In this document: piece after piece, positions 39,598 to 52,752 of the stretch | How positions within the stretch are numbered: position 1 is the first letter of the stretch | Layout: each line of letters opens with the position of its first letter | Assembly (NCBI GenBank): GCA_030390025.1 | Contig: CM059425.1 | Coordinates: 174,842,001 to 174,906,000 of the forward strand | Origin: Squalus acanthias | Lineage: Eukaryota | Length of the DNA stretch: 64,000 nt | Reading direction: 5' to 3' | The notes under the pieces: generated by a model | Seen by the model: only the letters and a program-made list of their open reading frames with translations | Database searches by the model: none | Told to the model about the DNA's origin: nothing | Translations under genes and position numbers: made by a program

Positions 39598-41718
39598 GGG
39601 GCCCAGAATCACAGAACGGATCCTTTTAAGATCGGGCCGGGGAGAATTGCTTTTGCGAATTGATAAATTGAATGAAGTATTATTGTGTGTTCCCTGGCTG
39701 CAGTTCGGGCCCATCTCTGACCCACAAGAAGTGAAAGTGGTTAGACTAATGTGCAGCTCGAGCTCCGGCTCGCATTCTATTTCTGTCCTGTCCAGCGGGC
39801 TGGATCGAATGACTTGGCGGGCCCTGAGTTAGAGTTTCATATTTGCACTGGAAAATCTTTTGCGTGTTTACCTACGCGCATCGCAGGCAAAAGCATTACA
39901 TAGAAATTTTCATGGATTGCGACAGATCTTTTGATTTTAATAATAATAGTTGATCCCCGTGCCATTGCGCAGCCTTACCTCTTTGTCTTTGAATGACCCA
40001 CTCACTGGTGTATCTTCTTTCTTTTGCTCCACCTCATCTTTAAACCACCCTCCCTTCTACCCCACTGTAACTCACTCCCTCCTGGGGTAGGTTCCAAGAG
40101 GCTTCGGCCCCTTTACTCTCAAACTGTTTTCTTCCTCCTGTTCCCCACCTACCCCTTCCTGTCGGTTTGCTACAGAGGCTTTGTTTGCTTTCCGTTGTTT
40201 AAAAATAAATCAAGTTAGTTCAGGAAAAAAAACTTGTCTGCCTTTCTCTCTCTGCCCACCTCCCTCCATCTGTCTCATGGGTGTTAGAAATTAGAATCTC
40301 TGGCACACAGTTGTATTTGATTAGCATTGACCTTTTCAGTGGACAAAACATGGGTGAGATAATCCGTTGGCTTCAAAATACAACTGATTTTTAAAAATAT
40401 TTAAGTAACATAAAATTGAAGACGCTTTCCCTTGCGACAACTGTTAATTAAAAATTTACATTTTCTCATGTAACATAACATAGATGGTAATCTGGTGATA
40501 ATTGTAGGCTGTTGCTTCATAAATTAACTTTTTTGAAAAATAATTCAAATTACAATGAGTAACAACATCCCCTCTCTGCTTAATGCACTTTCTGAAGTTT
40601 ATAGAACATAACACAAAAGTTACAACAGGTGTGTTATCTGTGGTTTGTCTGCTCTCTGTCTCTCTCTGTCACTCAGAGTTTTTGAAACTTGTCCGAGCTT
40701 TTCCTGAAAAAATTTTGAAAAACAATTGAGCTGAAGAAAGCATTCCAGCAGTTCAGTTACTGAAAGGTATTGATGCATCTGGGAATTTGGCTGCATTGCA
40801 CATGCTCTCACTGCACAATCTAAATTCAGCTAACAGGTCACAGGTCTTAGCAAAATATCAAGTTCAAGACCAGGCTTTTAGAAAAAGCTGAGGTCTGCAA
40901 AAACTGTTTCAATGAACCCATGAAAAGGCACAAAAGCTAATTCAGTTGATAAATTTAATCATGTTATTGTGAAATAATTTTTAATTTTTAAACCTTTATT
41001 TTGGACGTTGGAAAATTAAGTTTCTGAGACAAAATGATAGATGTAAAATTTTCAGAAAGCATTTTGAACAATTTGTGGGGCAAAGATAAATCAGTGCTAC
41101 CCTGTTTACCATATTGTGCAATTATAAGGTGATGAGTTTACATAGATAATTTTTATTAAATGTAGGAATTTATAATGGAAAATTTGACGCAGAAGTGTGC
41201 TGGAAAATGTGACGACAGGAAATAGTAGACGAATACATAGAGACATAAGATTTATAAGATACTCGTCAATCACCGGTGTGGCATTGCACATGGCAAACGT
41301 GCACTCTTCAGATGAGCAGGGCTAGAAAGTGGGTGATAATTGGGCCATGGCCTTGGGAGAATAAAAACACAGGAGGGCAGAAGAGGCCGGAGGAGAAAGG
41401 CATAGCACGGTTAGAGGTTTTGCAGGGAAGGTAGAGTAGTGTTATCGGCCAGGTGAGGACAAGGGACACAGCAAGCTATGAGGTGGAGAAGAGTTAGGGG
41501 GAGGGGAGAGGTGACAAGTAGGGCAGAGAAGAGCTTAGAGGCAGTGGAGGGCGGGGAGGGAGGAAAGAGAAATGAACAATGCTAGGGCAGGACTGGGACT
41601 TTTAGGGGGAACCAGTGAGTTCTGAGAACCTCACCAGAATGGTGCAGGAGGGGGTGGAGAGGTGAGGAAGGAACAGGACAAGGTGGGGAGAGGGATTATT
41701 ATATACAATAAATATATG

Positions 41719-42354
41719 GGCCCGTAATTTGCGGTCAGCGGCAAAGCCAAGGCACTCACTGCTGACCTCGTATAAAGCTGCCCAGAAAGATCTCGCGATC
41801 TCTGTGCCGCGAAGTTTGCCTTTCTCAACGTGCAATTGATTGTAGCGCAATCTAATGGGAATTCCCAGCGAAGAGCTGCAGTGACGTCAACGAACTGTCT
41901 GAGCAGCCAATCGCATGGAAGAATTCTCGACCAGGAAATGAAAAGCAGCTTTTATCAGCACTGTTTAAAAATGTTAGAGAGTGAAATAAAGATTGGGACT
42001 TTTCACAAAATGTTTAAGTTTTTAAAAAATTGTAATTTTTATTTTAATGGAGAAATTTGACACTCCACAAATATAAAAATTGTTTTTTCAGGGCCCGAAC
42101 AGTTGTTTAGCAGTCAATATGCTGTTAAAACGCCAGTTACAGCTATTCCAAGGCTTAACATTTAATGGGGTATTTAACATCAATATTAGTGCGGAAAAGT
42201 CCAAGTTTCCGTCAGTTCCACTGATTACACTGATTGCCGGCTGCGGCGGGGGGGGCGGTGGTGCGGGGGTGTTGTCCATAGCGCAGCCTGTGTCAAAGCA
42301 GTTAATGACTGACTGCAACTTCAGGATTTCATTACGCATCGCAAAATCCGGACC
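41719..42354. mobile_element. MITE, PIF/Harbinger-like (third family)
   Basis: TIRs ggcccgtaatttgcg / cgcaaaatccggacc (12/15) with a perfect 3-bp TSD (ATG). Confidence 0.75.
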
Positions 42355-43252
42355 ATGAAATCGCCTTGAATAGATTTTTATATATATAATATATATATAT
42401 ATACCTGGCAATATGTATTTTTATAAAAAAATTACTTGGCAAATAAACGATAAGAGGAATTGGAGGCTGTCTTCTGCTTGAATAAAAATTGAGTAGGAAC
42501 AATGCAAAGCTTAACACTGGGAGACATTCAAGAAGGAACCTCCACTTATTCAGCATGGAACAGTAGATGCAGCAGAAAGAATGACCCAAGAACCAGTCTA
42601 TCCAGCAGTCAATAGCAACGTAAAGAAAATCTGGACGGGGAAAACAAGCAAGAGGCGGGTGATACTGCTTGAAGGCTGACCGTTGTGGGGGCAGAGGTCA
42701 CCAATTGCAGCTGAGAGGCCAACCAGCTGGGGGTAAGCAGTGGTGGCCATGAAACTGAGAAGTCGTACTGGTCAGAAACAACAGGGCTGAGGGAGGGGTT
42801 GAGCAGGCCCCAAGCCAGAGCCTCACAAGTAGCAAGGGGAGACCAAATCCTACAGGAAATAAACAATAATTCTTAACATATATAAAATTAAAAAGAATTG
42901 AAAACCTCAATCAAATTTAAAATCGGGGTGTATAAAAAAAGAAATGCCAAGCTGGCATTAGAACCAAGAGGAACCGTTAAGCTTACATAGGCAAACCCCA
43001 TTATAAATATGGACAAAGGAATTTATAATTGCGGTGGGGGGGGGAAGTTGACACACAAATTGTGACGAATGCATGACAACAGGAAGTAAAGTGGCATGGA
43101 CAATGCGTGCAGATGTAAGAATTAATATAATTTAGAAAGATAAATAGATATGCAACGTTAGCAAATCTTTATATTTGTCTCTATAAAGGTAAATGACTTA
43201 AAAGTCTATTATCCTTCAACTGATGTCCGTACCAACCACTCTAAGACATAAA

Positions 43253-43970
43253 GGCCTGGAGTTTCCACTAGGGCACAATTCGCCCAAAATCAGCCAAACC
43301 AGTGCAAAAGATTAAAGAATTGCATACGCAAATTATGTCCAGCCCAAATAGTTTCCGAGATGATTTGCGCTGGTTCAAAAAACTGCATTGGAAGCTGGCC
43401 CCACCCACAAAACTGGCCATGCCCCCAGATCAAATTAATCACCATGGCGAGCTTCCGATAATTGCGCCATTTGCCGCCCTTCGAGGAGACTCTTAAAGTT
43501 AAGTTTTTTAGGCACAAAGACACTAATAGGCACCTTTTTAAAAGCTTTTAAATATTAAAATATTTCATTTAATAAAACTGACTGCTGCACACCAGTGAAA
43601 CTAGTAAATGGTTCTGTATAGTTTAAAGTAATTTTCAGTTTTTTTTAAATGATTATTCACAGGTGGTGGACGAGACACTCTGATTAAAAATGCTTATTTT
43701 TTTGTGATAAACCCATTTTCAGCTGTATTAATAAAACTGCACCAAGTTACCACTCTTAAATATTTTTCAGTGCAAGAAAATTTAAAAAAGCAATTACATT
43801 CGAAAACGCTGCCCGATTGCCCTGGTTCATGGAAGATTTTACATTTGGTGATATACAAATGAGTTTGAGCGGAAACTTGAGCAAAAAATTAAATTCTGAA
43901 AACTAGCACAGTTTTGAGCGCAATTTACGCCCGAGGATTGCCAATTGTGCCCAAAGCAGAAAATGTTCCC
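43253..43970. mobile_element. Degraded MITE
   Basis: Subterminal inverted gggcacaatt / aattgtgccc, GG..CC ends, CpG-rich termini with an AT-rich core. No clean TSD. Confidence 0.5.
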
Positions 43971-46059
43971 ATTACAGGATTTATGCAAATGGATTAAATT
44001 TCCATTGAATTCCCACCAGATATCTCATGATATCCAGTGTAATTGGAACCTATCGCACCGTAAACTACATGACTGCACTATTTATAGAAACTTTATTCCC
44101 AGATGAAAAAGTGTGATACTCTCATTCAATGTTTATGTATGACCTTAAAATTTGCAGCTGAGTTCTGTTTTACACACATTTAATAATGGTATAATTCAAT
44201 CTATCATTTAGAATCGTTCATACTCGTCATGCAGTGCCCTACTCTAACTCATTATTTCCCAAGAAAACAATGGGAATCTTGCATCTCTGTCTTTTCTTAC
44301 AACTAAAATCGTCACTGTTTAAACTCAACCTGTGTCAGCGAATTGCGACTTCCTAATTCACCTCATCTTAATCTTTTCTACTTTGTGGTTCTTGGCCCTT
44401 GACCCTGGGTTTCTTCAATTTAAAAAAAAGGAAAGGAAATGCAGTTTAATTCCAAGTAGATGATGTTGATATATTCTGTCACTATGGTTTCGTTTTATTT
44501 GTGATGTCAGAATATTCTGTCTCTATGGTTTCAGCAATTGTTTTGCTTTACACTTGTGCCAATGAAGAAATACAGGAGAAATGTCAAAACTGAAAATCTA
44601 CTGCAAGTATATATTAGCATTAAAATCATTTTAGACTGAACAATATGCAATGCCAAACCCAAACAGGTAAGAAAAAAAAACTTGCAGTGTATGGATAATT
44701 TTTGAAGTAGATGATTTCCTTTTTAAATGTTTTTCCACTCCGCTTTATTTTTCTTTGTTTAGTTGTCCCTCATCCTCTTTCCCCCCAACATACTATCCTC
44801 TGTTTCTTGTACACGTAGGCCAGGCAGGAAACCTGCTAGAAGGTTTCTTTTAATGCTTAGCTATAATCGGTTGCTTAGGGTTGTATGAATGGCACTGGTT
44901 GAGTTGCATTTCTATTTTTCCTCCCTCAAAAGGAAGACCCACACCTCTGCTCAGCCCCCTCCCTTGAATTAGCTGACTGATATTGGAACTAGCAGGAGGA
45001 TTGTGGACACGAACCTGTAACCTCCCACTCTGTGGAGCAGTACGTTGGTGCATCACTGTTTAATACTATAATCCATGAAAATGCATTTAATTGAATAATA
45101 CAGTGGCATTTAGGAAAGGGCCCATAAAGATTGATGTGGCAGTCTTGTTTCTTTTCTATTTTTCTTGACGTTAACATCTCAAATTGCATACATGACAACT
45201 GTTGGCATTTGCTGGGTAGTATCCATTTGTCAGTGTTTGCTGACAAAAATCAACATAAGATTTAAACTTCTCACGCTGTCCTAAGGTCACCCAGAATGTT
45301 GTTGGGCAAATCTTTTTTGTGCATGCATTGCTCACAATCAGATGGCTCCCCCATATTTGAACAGATAAGCTCGCAACATTTGGATGAAACGAGCTTCCTT
45401 CAGACTGCAGCCCAACTCCAAGCCAACTGTTTCCTTTGTTCTCCCTGATCAGTTTGAATGAAGCTGCAATCTTAATCTCACTTCCCAATTATCTTGAATA
45501 CTTCTCTCACCAGCTGAATTCTGTTTTGGAGGCCATTTTTTTCCTCAATAACTGGAATTTCTAATGTTCAAAAAGTTTTAAACAAAAGAAAACCAACATT
45601 TCACAATAGCATGACTAAATTTACCCATTCAATTGTCTTTTGTGACTTTTAATATCTTCATTAAAGTTTATAGTTCGAGGCCTCAGCAGGCCTCAAAAGC
45701 CTGGGCTTGGATTGGATATTTTTACCTCAACAGTTGCCCAGAGCGTTCAATCCTATCTGTGCATTCTATGAATTCCATCGTTTCACAACACGCAATCTGT
45801 GTATCAGTATGACTGGAAGGGTAGAGACGGTGTCTCCTTAACATATGAGGATTTGAAAGGTTCTTTGCTTTTTCCAAATGACTTTGGAAGAAACTGGAAA
45901 TTGAATTTTCAAAGTTTTATTTCAGGCAAGTCTGAAATTATTAACAAATGCTATTTTCTAATACCAACTGACAGCTTCTGTGGTTATGGTCTCTATTGAT
46001 TGAAAAGAAAACAGATTATTTATTGAGAATGTACTTTATTTGTTATTTGATTTTTTTTA

Positions 46060-46620
46060 TTGCTGTTAAAAAGCCTGGATACTGTGGACAGGAATGCAGT
46101 GGCTATAAGAGGCCAAGGGCATTTCAGAGCCCATTCTCCTGGGTCTCCCTCTCCCACAAGGCTGCTAGACCCTGTTGTCCCCAGCAACCACAAATGCTGC
46201 CAGACTCTCTGTTCCCTCTGCCCCCCCCGCTCTGAAACTCCATCATCAATCTTGATGGACTTCAGAAACCTTGCCACCCACTTCAGGATTCCAGCACCTT
46301 CTCCATACTCCAAACCCCTAAACCACATTACCAGTGTTCCCTGGTCCCAGAACCACTCCAATACTCACAAACCTTTAGACTACCGCAATGCTTCCAGATC
46401 GCAAGATCTACTCCCATTGATTCCAGGACCTTCCCCAATATTCCTAGTATCTCCTTCTACAGTGTTCTCTGGGAGGAAGGTTCCAGGGTTAAATCTCCTA
46501 AGATCCTGAAACCCAATCTTAGTACTTCCATGCCCAGAGACTTTCCTGCTGTTCCCAGATCCCAGGGTCATTCCCAATGCTGATTTGTTGTGCTTGATAT
46601 TGCTACTTGGTATAACACCC
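46060..46620. repeat. Unclassified dispersed repeat, copy 2
   Basis: Homologous to 31580-32120. Confidence 0.55.
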
Positions 46621-47387
46621 CTGTTCTTATACAGTCTCCAACTCACAGTGAGCAATGCCACAGGAGACCTTCTAGTCATTTAAAAATGGCAGTATTCTTT
46701 TTGATCTGAATAATGGCTGAGAGGTGCTGCATGTAAACTGATGTTCACCCGTATAATAACTGTGACTGCACTTCAAAATTAATCCATTGATAGTAAAGCA
46801 CTTTTGCATGTCCAGAAGGAATAAAAGGCATTATATAAATACAGATTAATTTATTGTTAATTCTTTCTGTGTCTCTGTAAGGAGCTTGGTCACACATGTA
46901 TATGACTTGGAAGAAGCGGCAGTTCTGATTAGAAGGCCTGCCACTGTAATTTTACTACCTAATTTTAAAACTCTTAACCAGGCTATTTTATTTTTGAAAA
47001 AGCACTATGAATTTAAGAACGAAGCTTAAGGTTAAGTATAGAATAGAGCCTTATCCTAGGTAGATTTAATTTGAATGTTTCTTCTTAAATTCATTGCGAT
47101 CTTTCAAATAAAATAGCATTCTTAGAACTGAGGAGATCCCGCCAAATATCAGTGCTGTGTGTCCATTTTTGTCTCGCTGACCCTGTATAAAGGTGTTTTT
47201 CCCATATTACTTTTTTGGAAAAAGTGAGAGGTAGTTCAAATCCAACATAACAGTAGACAAGTTCTTTACATTGAAAGTATAAATTTCCTTTCCCCATTAA
47301 ATACTTGTCTTATTCCAAAGTTCCATATTTACTATTTTGATTTTTTTTTTAAATGGTGACCCAGCGAATTAAGATGATTATCCAATT

Positions 47388-47735
47388 TAGGCTGACACTC
47401 CAGTGCAGTACTGAGGTGCTGTCTTTCGGATGAAACGTTAAACCGAGGCCCCGTCTGCTCTCTCAGGTGAATGTAAAAGATCCCATGGCACTATATTGAA
47501 GAAGAGCAGGGGAGTTATCCCTGGTGTCCTGACCAATATTTGTCCCTCAAATCAGCATCACTGAAACAGATTATCTGGTCATTATCATATTGCTGTGGGA
47601 GCTTGCTGTGCGCAAATTGGCCGCCGCGTTTCTTACATTGCAACAGTGACTACACTTCAAAAGTACTTCATTGGCTGTAAAATGCTTTGTGATGTCCTGA
47701 GGTTGTGAAAGGTGCAATATAAATGCAAGTCTTTA
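47388..47735 (+). mobile_element. DeuSINE, 5'-truncated
   Basis: Body and tail match the other copies. Confidence 0.9.
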
Positions 47736-49490
47736 TTTTTTTTAATGAGTTTGCAAGGAATGCCACAAAGTGTGCCAGCCTGAGTTGGGAAGGGAGTGTT
47801 AAGGAGTAGTTTCCTTATATCCTGCAAAGCAGGCTATTTTCTGCAGAGGTGATATTTTTGAGGTCAGTTTCCTGTAATAGTGTTGGCTTATGATCAAAAC
47901 AATTGTGATTTTAAAAATATCTATGCTATTGTTCATCTCTTACGTACTGCAGATTAAGTAGCCATGAAGTACAGTTTCCTTCCTGTAGCTGAAAATGCTG
48001 CTGGGAAGAGCAGCTGTCTTGGTTTACTAAGAAAGAAACTGGTTGCATGAAAAGAGAGGATGTTTTTGTTTGAGCCTTTGCCCTGTTCTGCAACGATAGA
48101 GCCAGGAGTGTTGCTAGTGGCTGAAGTACTAATTTATCACAAGTAGCCATAAACACATTCTTGTGGGCTACCTTTACATTGGAGCTCTGTAAATGTTTTT
48201 GGCAGCAAAGTAACATGACTAAAATAAATGTTGAAAATTTCTTTTGATGATACTGTTCCACTTAAAAAGTTGATTATTGTCTTTGATTCTTGGAGCTGGC
48301 ACAAATAATGAAGTTTAAGAGGATTTTACATAACTTAATCTAGATTTGAGTGTCCACAATTTGAATAGTAGTAGGGAAAAACATGCAGTGAAGAATATCT
48401 TAAAAGACAATGACATAAATTTGGTTAGTGCTGAGTTAGAAGACACTGCTGTCTGGTCATTCTTAGCTAGAGAATTTCTTCAAAGATGTGTCCTATACCC
48501 TACTTGTGCCTTTATAATTTTACATTTCAAAGTAGAGATTTCAGAATTTTTCATTCAGTTCAAAGCGACTCGAAAAGCAACCCCATTTGTTAGTTATTTT
48601 AATGTTTGGCAGCAGCACCACAACCATTATATCTTAAAATCTGTTGTTTGTAACGGTAGTATAAGCTGAGGTATTGAATTGACTAGAAGTTCAAGTCAAT
48701 AATGCAGGAAGCAAGTTAATGCTGAACAGTTGTGCAATACATCTTGCACAAATCGGTGGGAAGCTGAGATACAGAGGTTGTACTTTGGATTTCTTGGCTT
48801 GTGCTTTGCAGTTGGAAGAGGAACAGCACCAGTCAGTCGACAGCGTGCTCAGCATTCACCAAGGTGACTCTGAAATTGTTATGTAATCACAGCATCATTT
48901 ATCCAAAAGAATGAGAGGATTGAGAGTCAGAGCAGCAACTCTTCTTTAGATCTGCATGATAATCTGTATAAATCAATGCTAGTACAGTATAAATCAATAC
49001 TAGTACAGTATTTGTCAGTTAAGCGTGCCTTTTGCCAGATATCTGTTGGAAACATTTTCCTTCACCTCATAGGGGCATCTTGTGGAAATGAAAAGTAATT
49101 TCCGAATATAGTTGAGCACTTTTACTGAGGGATTGGAAATGTTGGTACAGCAGAAATGTCAGCCAGTTAAAGACTTGCACTGAATTTATAGACAAATTAG
49201 CAACAGCCAAAGCAGTGAAGGAGGACAAATTGTCAGCATTAAAATTGAAGTGCTGGACCATCGCAAAAGTGTGAATAGTTGGGTCAAGATTTAAATTCAG
49301 TTTTCTCTCGTAAAATGGAATTAGAAACATAGCAGGACCAAAGATGAATTTTTGTGCTGCTCTTGGTGGTGTTGGTTCTGTTCAGTTGAAGGCTGGTATG
49401 TATGGCTGCTGAGCAGCGTGCAGCCTGTCTTGTACGTTGGGTTTCAGTATGATTACAGCCATTCTGATTGTGCTTCACTTCGTGCTGCAG

Positions 49491-49581
49491 GAGGTCCTGA
49501 AGCAACTGCAGGGTAGCATTGAAGACGAGGCTCTGGCTCTGGCTTCTGCTGGACAGATTGACCTACTGGAACGACTAAAAG
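49491..49581 (+). CDS. APC: Adenomatous polyposis coli, internal coding exon (second coding exon in human; N-terminal coiled coil)
   Basis: ctgcag acceptor, 91 nt, G|gtaagt donor, phase 0 to 1. Encodes EVLKQLQGSIEDEALALASAGQIDLLERLK vs recalled human EVLKQLQGSIEDEAMASSGQIDLLERLK. Too short for the ORF track. Confidence 0.95.
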
Positions 49582-50992
49582 GTAAGTCTGGTAGTACGTA
49601 CATACAGTAACTAACATTTTACTCCAGTTTTAGTTAGACAGTCATTAAAAGAAGCGGCTTCAGTTGTATAAATGAAACCTTACTGGTATTTCTCAGATTA
49701 TTTCTGAAATAAATGATCAGAGCTGTTCATCAGAAATCATAATTTCTCAGTTTCCTCATCTGGTTTTTGTCCTGGATCACTAGTTATGTTTGGATGGCTG
49801 CAGTTTTTGCAGTGCCTAGTATAAAATCTATTCACATTTTGCTGGTTCAATGCAGATCTGGAAAATATTGTTAAAGCTCAGTTTTCAGTGCTTTGTTTCT
49901 AGGAAGTCCTTTCCTTAATGTTCCAAGATTAAGTCTGTGTATTAATGAAGGTATTACAACTTCATGTTAATAATAGGGAAAGGGGAGTATTTGAGCTTTA
50001 GAGAGCTAGAGTGATGTATTACATTGGAAATTTTATACTCGACTTTGAAAGCTTTTGCATTGTTAATTTTTTTGCGCAAGACTTGTTAATTACGATTGGT
50101 TTTAGTTGCTTGACTGCTATCTGTGTGCACTGTATTCTGCAGCATCAGTATGCACCAATTGAGAGAGTTTGCAACAGACCATGCTAGAAAGCAAATTTTG
50201 ATGGTTGAAATGTAGAAGTTTGAGAGATTCTCAAAGCTGTATGGTATTGCAGACATCCAGTTCTACACTGTAAATTTACAGAACAAAATGTATTCATAAA
50301 GCTTCTAGTGGACCTGCTATTATTTACCAGTTTCTCTATCTCTTGCTTTATTTCCTTATTCCTCTTATAAACAAATCTATTTTCAAATCACAGAATAGTA
50401 TGAAAAACCCCACTGTTCAAATAAAAACAGAATTGATCACAGTTGATCAAATCATTTATTTATACAGGATATGCTACTCCCTTGTAAACATACAATCAAA
50501 TCAAATCTGGTTTAATGCAGTTCATGCTGTGTTGTATAATAGTACTTCATTTCAAATCATGTGATTCAATTTCAGTCACAAGGGCACAAGATAAGTGTAG
50601 AGAGAAACTCTTCACCCACAAAAAAGAAAATGAGAGAGAGACAGAAGTGTCTCTCCCAGGTTGCACTGACAAGTCTCTTAGTCAGTTTCACAGTGTTATT
50701 AATAGAGATTCGAGATGAAGATGACACTTGGATGGCTATACAGCTGTGATTCGTTTGATTATATAACCATCTATTATATATTACAATTGCTGAGTAGGTC
50801 GCAAGATTCCATTTTAAAATGCATTGATAAGTCCATGGTCATCGTTTCCCAATAGGGAAACCCATTATAAAAGTGTCAACATTTAACTTAAGTACCTGTT
50901 ATGCCTGTAGGCGATTTAACATTAGCTGCCAAAACAGCTGCTATATAGTATATTGGGCTATTGTATCCTGACTTTCCATGGACTCTCTACCA

Positions 50993-51482
50993 CCTACAAG
51001 GAACAAATCAGGAGTATGATGGAATAGTTTCCACTTGCCTGGATGGGTGCAGATCCAACAACGCTAGAGGAGCTTGACATTATTCAGGACAAAACAGTCC
51101 ACATGAGCGGCACCCCATCCATTGGCTTAAACATCCACTCGCCCCATCATCAGCGTACCATGGCTGCAGTGTGTACTATCGAAATGATGCACTGCAGCAA
51201 CTCGCCAAGGCATCTTCGGTAACCCCTCCCAAACCCATTACCTCTACCACCTAGAAGGATGGGCAGCAGGTGCATTGGAACACCATCCCCTCCAAATCAC
51301 ACAAGATCCTGACTTGGACATAAATTGTCGTTCCTTCATTGTTGTTGGGGCAAAATCCTGGAACTCCCTAACGGCAATGTGAGGGCACCTTCACCTCATG
51401 GACTACAGCAGCTCTAGAAGAAGGCCCACTATCACCTCTCAAGGGCAACTAGTGATGGGCAACGACCATGAGAATGAATAAG
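50993..51482 (+). mobile_element. CR1-group LINE 3' fragment, degraded
   Basis: Homologous to the reverse complement of 6556-7075. Confidence 0.85.
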
Positions 51483-51819
51483 AAAAAAAGCAGTATTTCA
51501 CAACCATTGCCCTCACTGGGCAGCATTCTGGGCAATTCCTGCCCCCAGCATAGAGGAGAATCCTGGCTCTGCCTCCTCCTTTCATTATCAGGATCCTTGC
51601 CTAGCATTCCTCCTCTCCCACTGAGCAGCTCTTAGTTTCCCAACTTTGGCCACTGTCGCCTTTCTGCCCACCCCCTTTTTAAATCCCCGAAACCCGCTTT
51701 CAGCAGCATTTTGGCCATGCCCACCTGTACCCCACATTGATCAACTTTTTGACCTATTCTCCCTTCCTCTCTCTCGTCCTCCCTCTGCCTCCCCTTTTTC
51801 CCCAATACTTCCCATCTTT

Positions 51820-52670
51820 GCGCTCCCCCATTGCCTCCCATCCTCGCTACCCCCCACTGCCACCCATCCTCGCGCCCCCCCCCCACTGCCTCCCATCCTC
51901 GCTCTCCCCCCCCCCCCCCCACTGCCTCCCATCCTCGCTCCCCCCCCCCCCACTGCCTCCCATCCTCGCTCCCCCCCCCCCACTGCCTCCCATCCTCGCT
52001 TCCCCCCCCCCACTGCCTCCCATCCTCGCTTCCCCCCCCCCACTGCCTCCCATCCTCGCTCCCCCCCCCACTGCCTCCCATCCTCGCTCCCCCCCCCCAC
52101 TGCCTCCCATCCTCGCTTCCCCCCCCCCCACTGCCTCCCATCCTCGCTTCCCCCCCCCCCCACTGCCTCCCATCCTCGCTCCCCCCCCCACTGCCTCCCA
52201 TCCTCACTCCCCCTCCCCACTGCCTCCCATCCTCGCTTTCCCCCCCTCCCCACTGCCTCCCATCCTCGCTTTCCCCCCTCCCCACTGCCTCCCATCCTCG
52301 CTTTCCCCCCCCCCCCACTGCCTCCCATCCTCGCTCCCCCCCCCCCACTGCCACCCATCCTCGCTCCCCCCACTGCCTCCCATCCTCGCTCCCCCCCCCC
52401 ACTGCCTCCCATCCTCGCTTCCCCCCCCCCACTGCCTCCCATCCTCGCTTCCCCCCCCCCCACTGCCTCCCATCCTCGCTCCCCCCCCCCACTGCCTCCC
52501 ATCCTCGCTTCCCCCCCCCCACTGCCTCCCATCCTCGCTTCCCCCCCTCCCCACTGCCTCCCATCCTCGCTTCCCCCCCCCACTGCCTCCCATCCTCGCT
52601 CCCCCCCCCCCACTGCCACCCATCCTCGCTGCCCCCCACTGCCACCCATCCTCGTTCTCTTCCCTCTCTC

Positions 52671-52707
<37 letters not shown>

Positions 52708-52752
52708 CCCCCACTGCTTCCCATCCTCGCACCCCCTGATTGCCTCCCATCC
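51820..52752. repeat. ~30-bp minisatellite, ~30 copies: cactgcctcccatcctcgct(t)+poly-C
   Basis: Constant 20-bp core with variable C runs. Confidence 0.97.

Larger units (their letters stand above)
37143..39826. mobile_element. Non-autonomous hAT (Charlie-like) element carrying a captured TPP2 5' fragment
   Basis: Left end CAGGGGTGGGCAA. Right end gcgggctggatcgaatgacttggcgggCCCTG (TIR partly deleted). 8-bp TSD agttaaag (37135-37142) / agttagag (39827-39834). Confidence 0.75.

Noticed and set aside
44635..44666. Possible 32-nt exon (ttttag...cag|gtaaga)
   Set aside because: No recognisable homology, and its ATGs would be out of phase with the APC exon.
48968..49011. 21-bp tandem duplication (and a similar one at 44471-44532)
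   Set aside because: Ordinary slippage with no functional evidence.
49344..49412. Upstream ATG in frame with the APC exon
   Set aside because: Ends at a TGA; the internal gtatgt donor gives the wrong phase.
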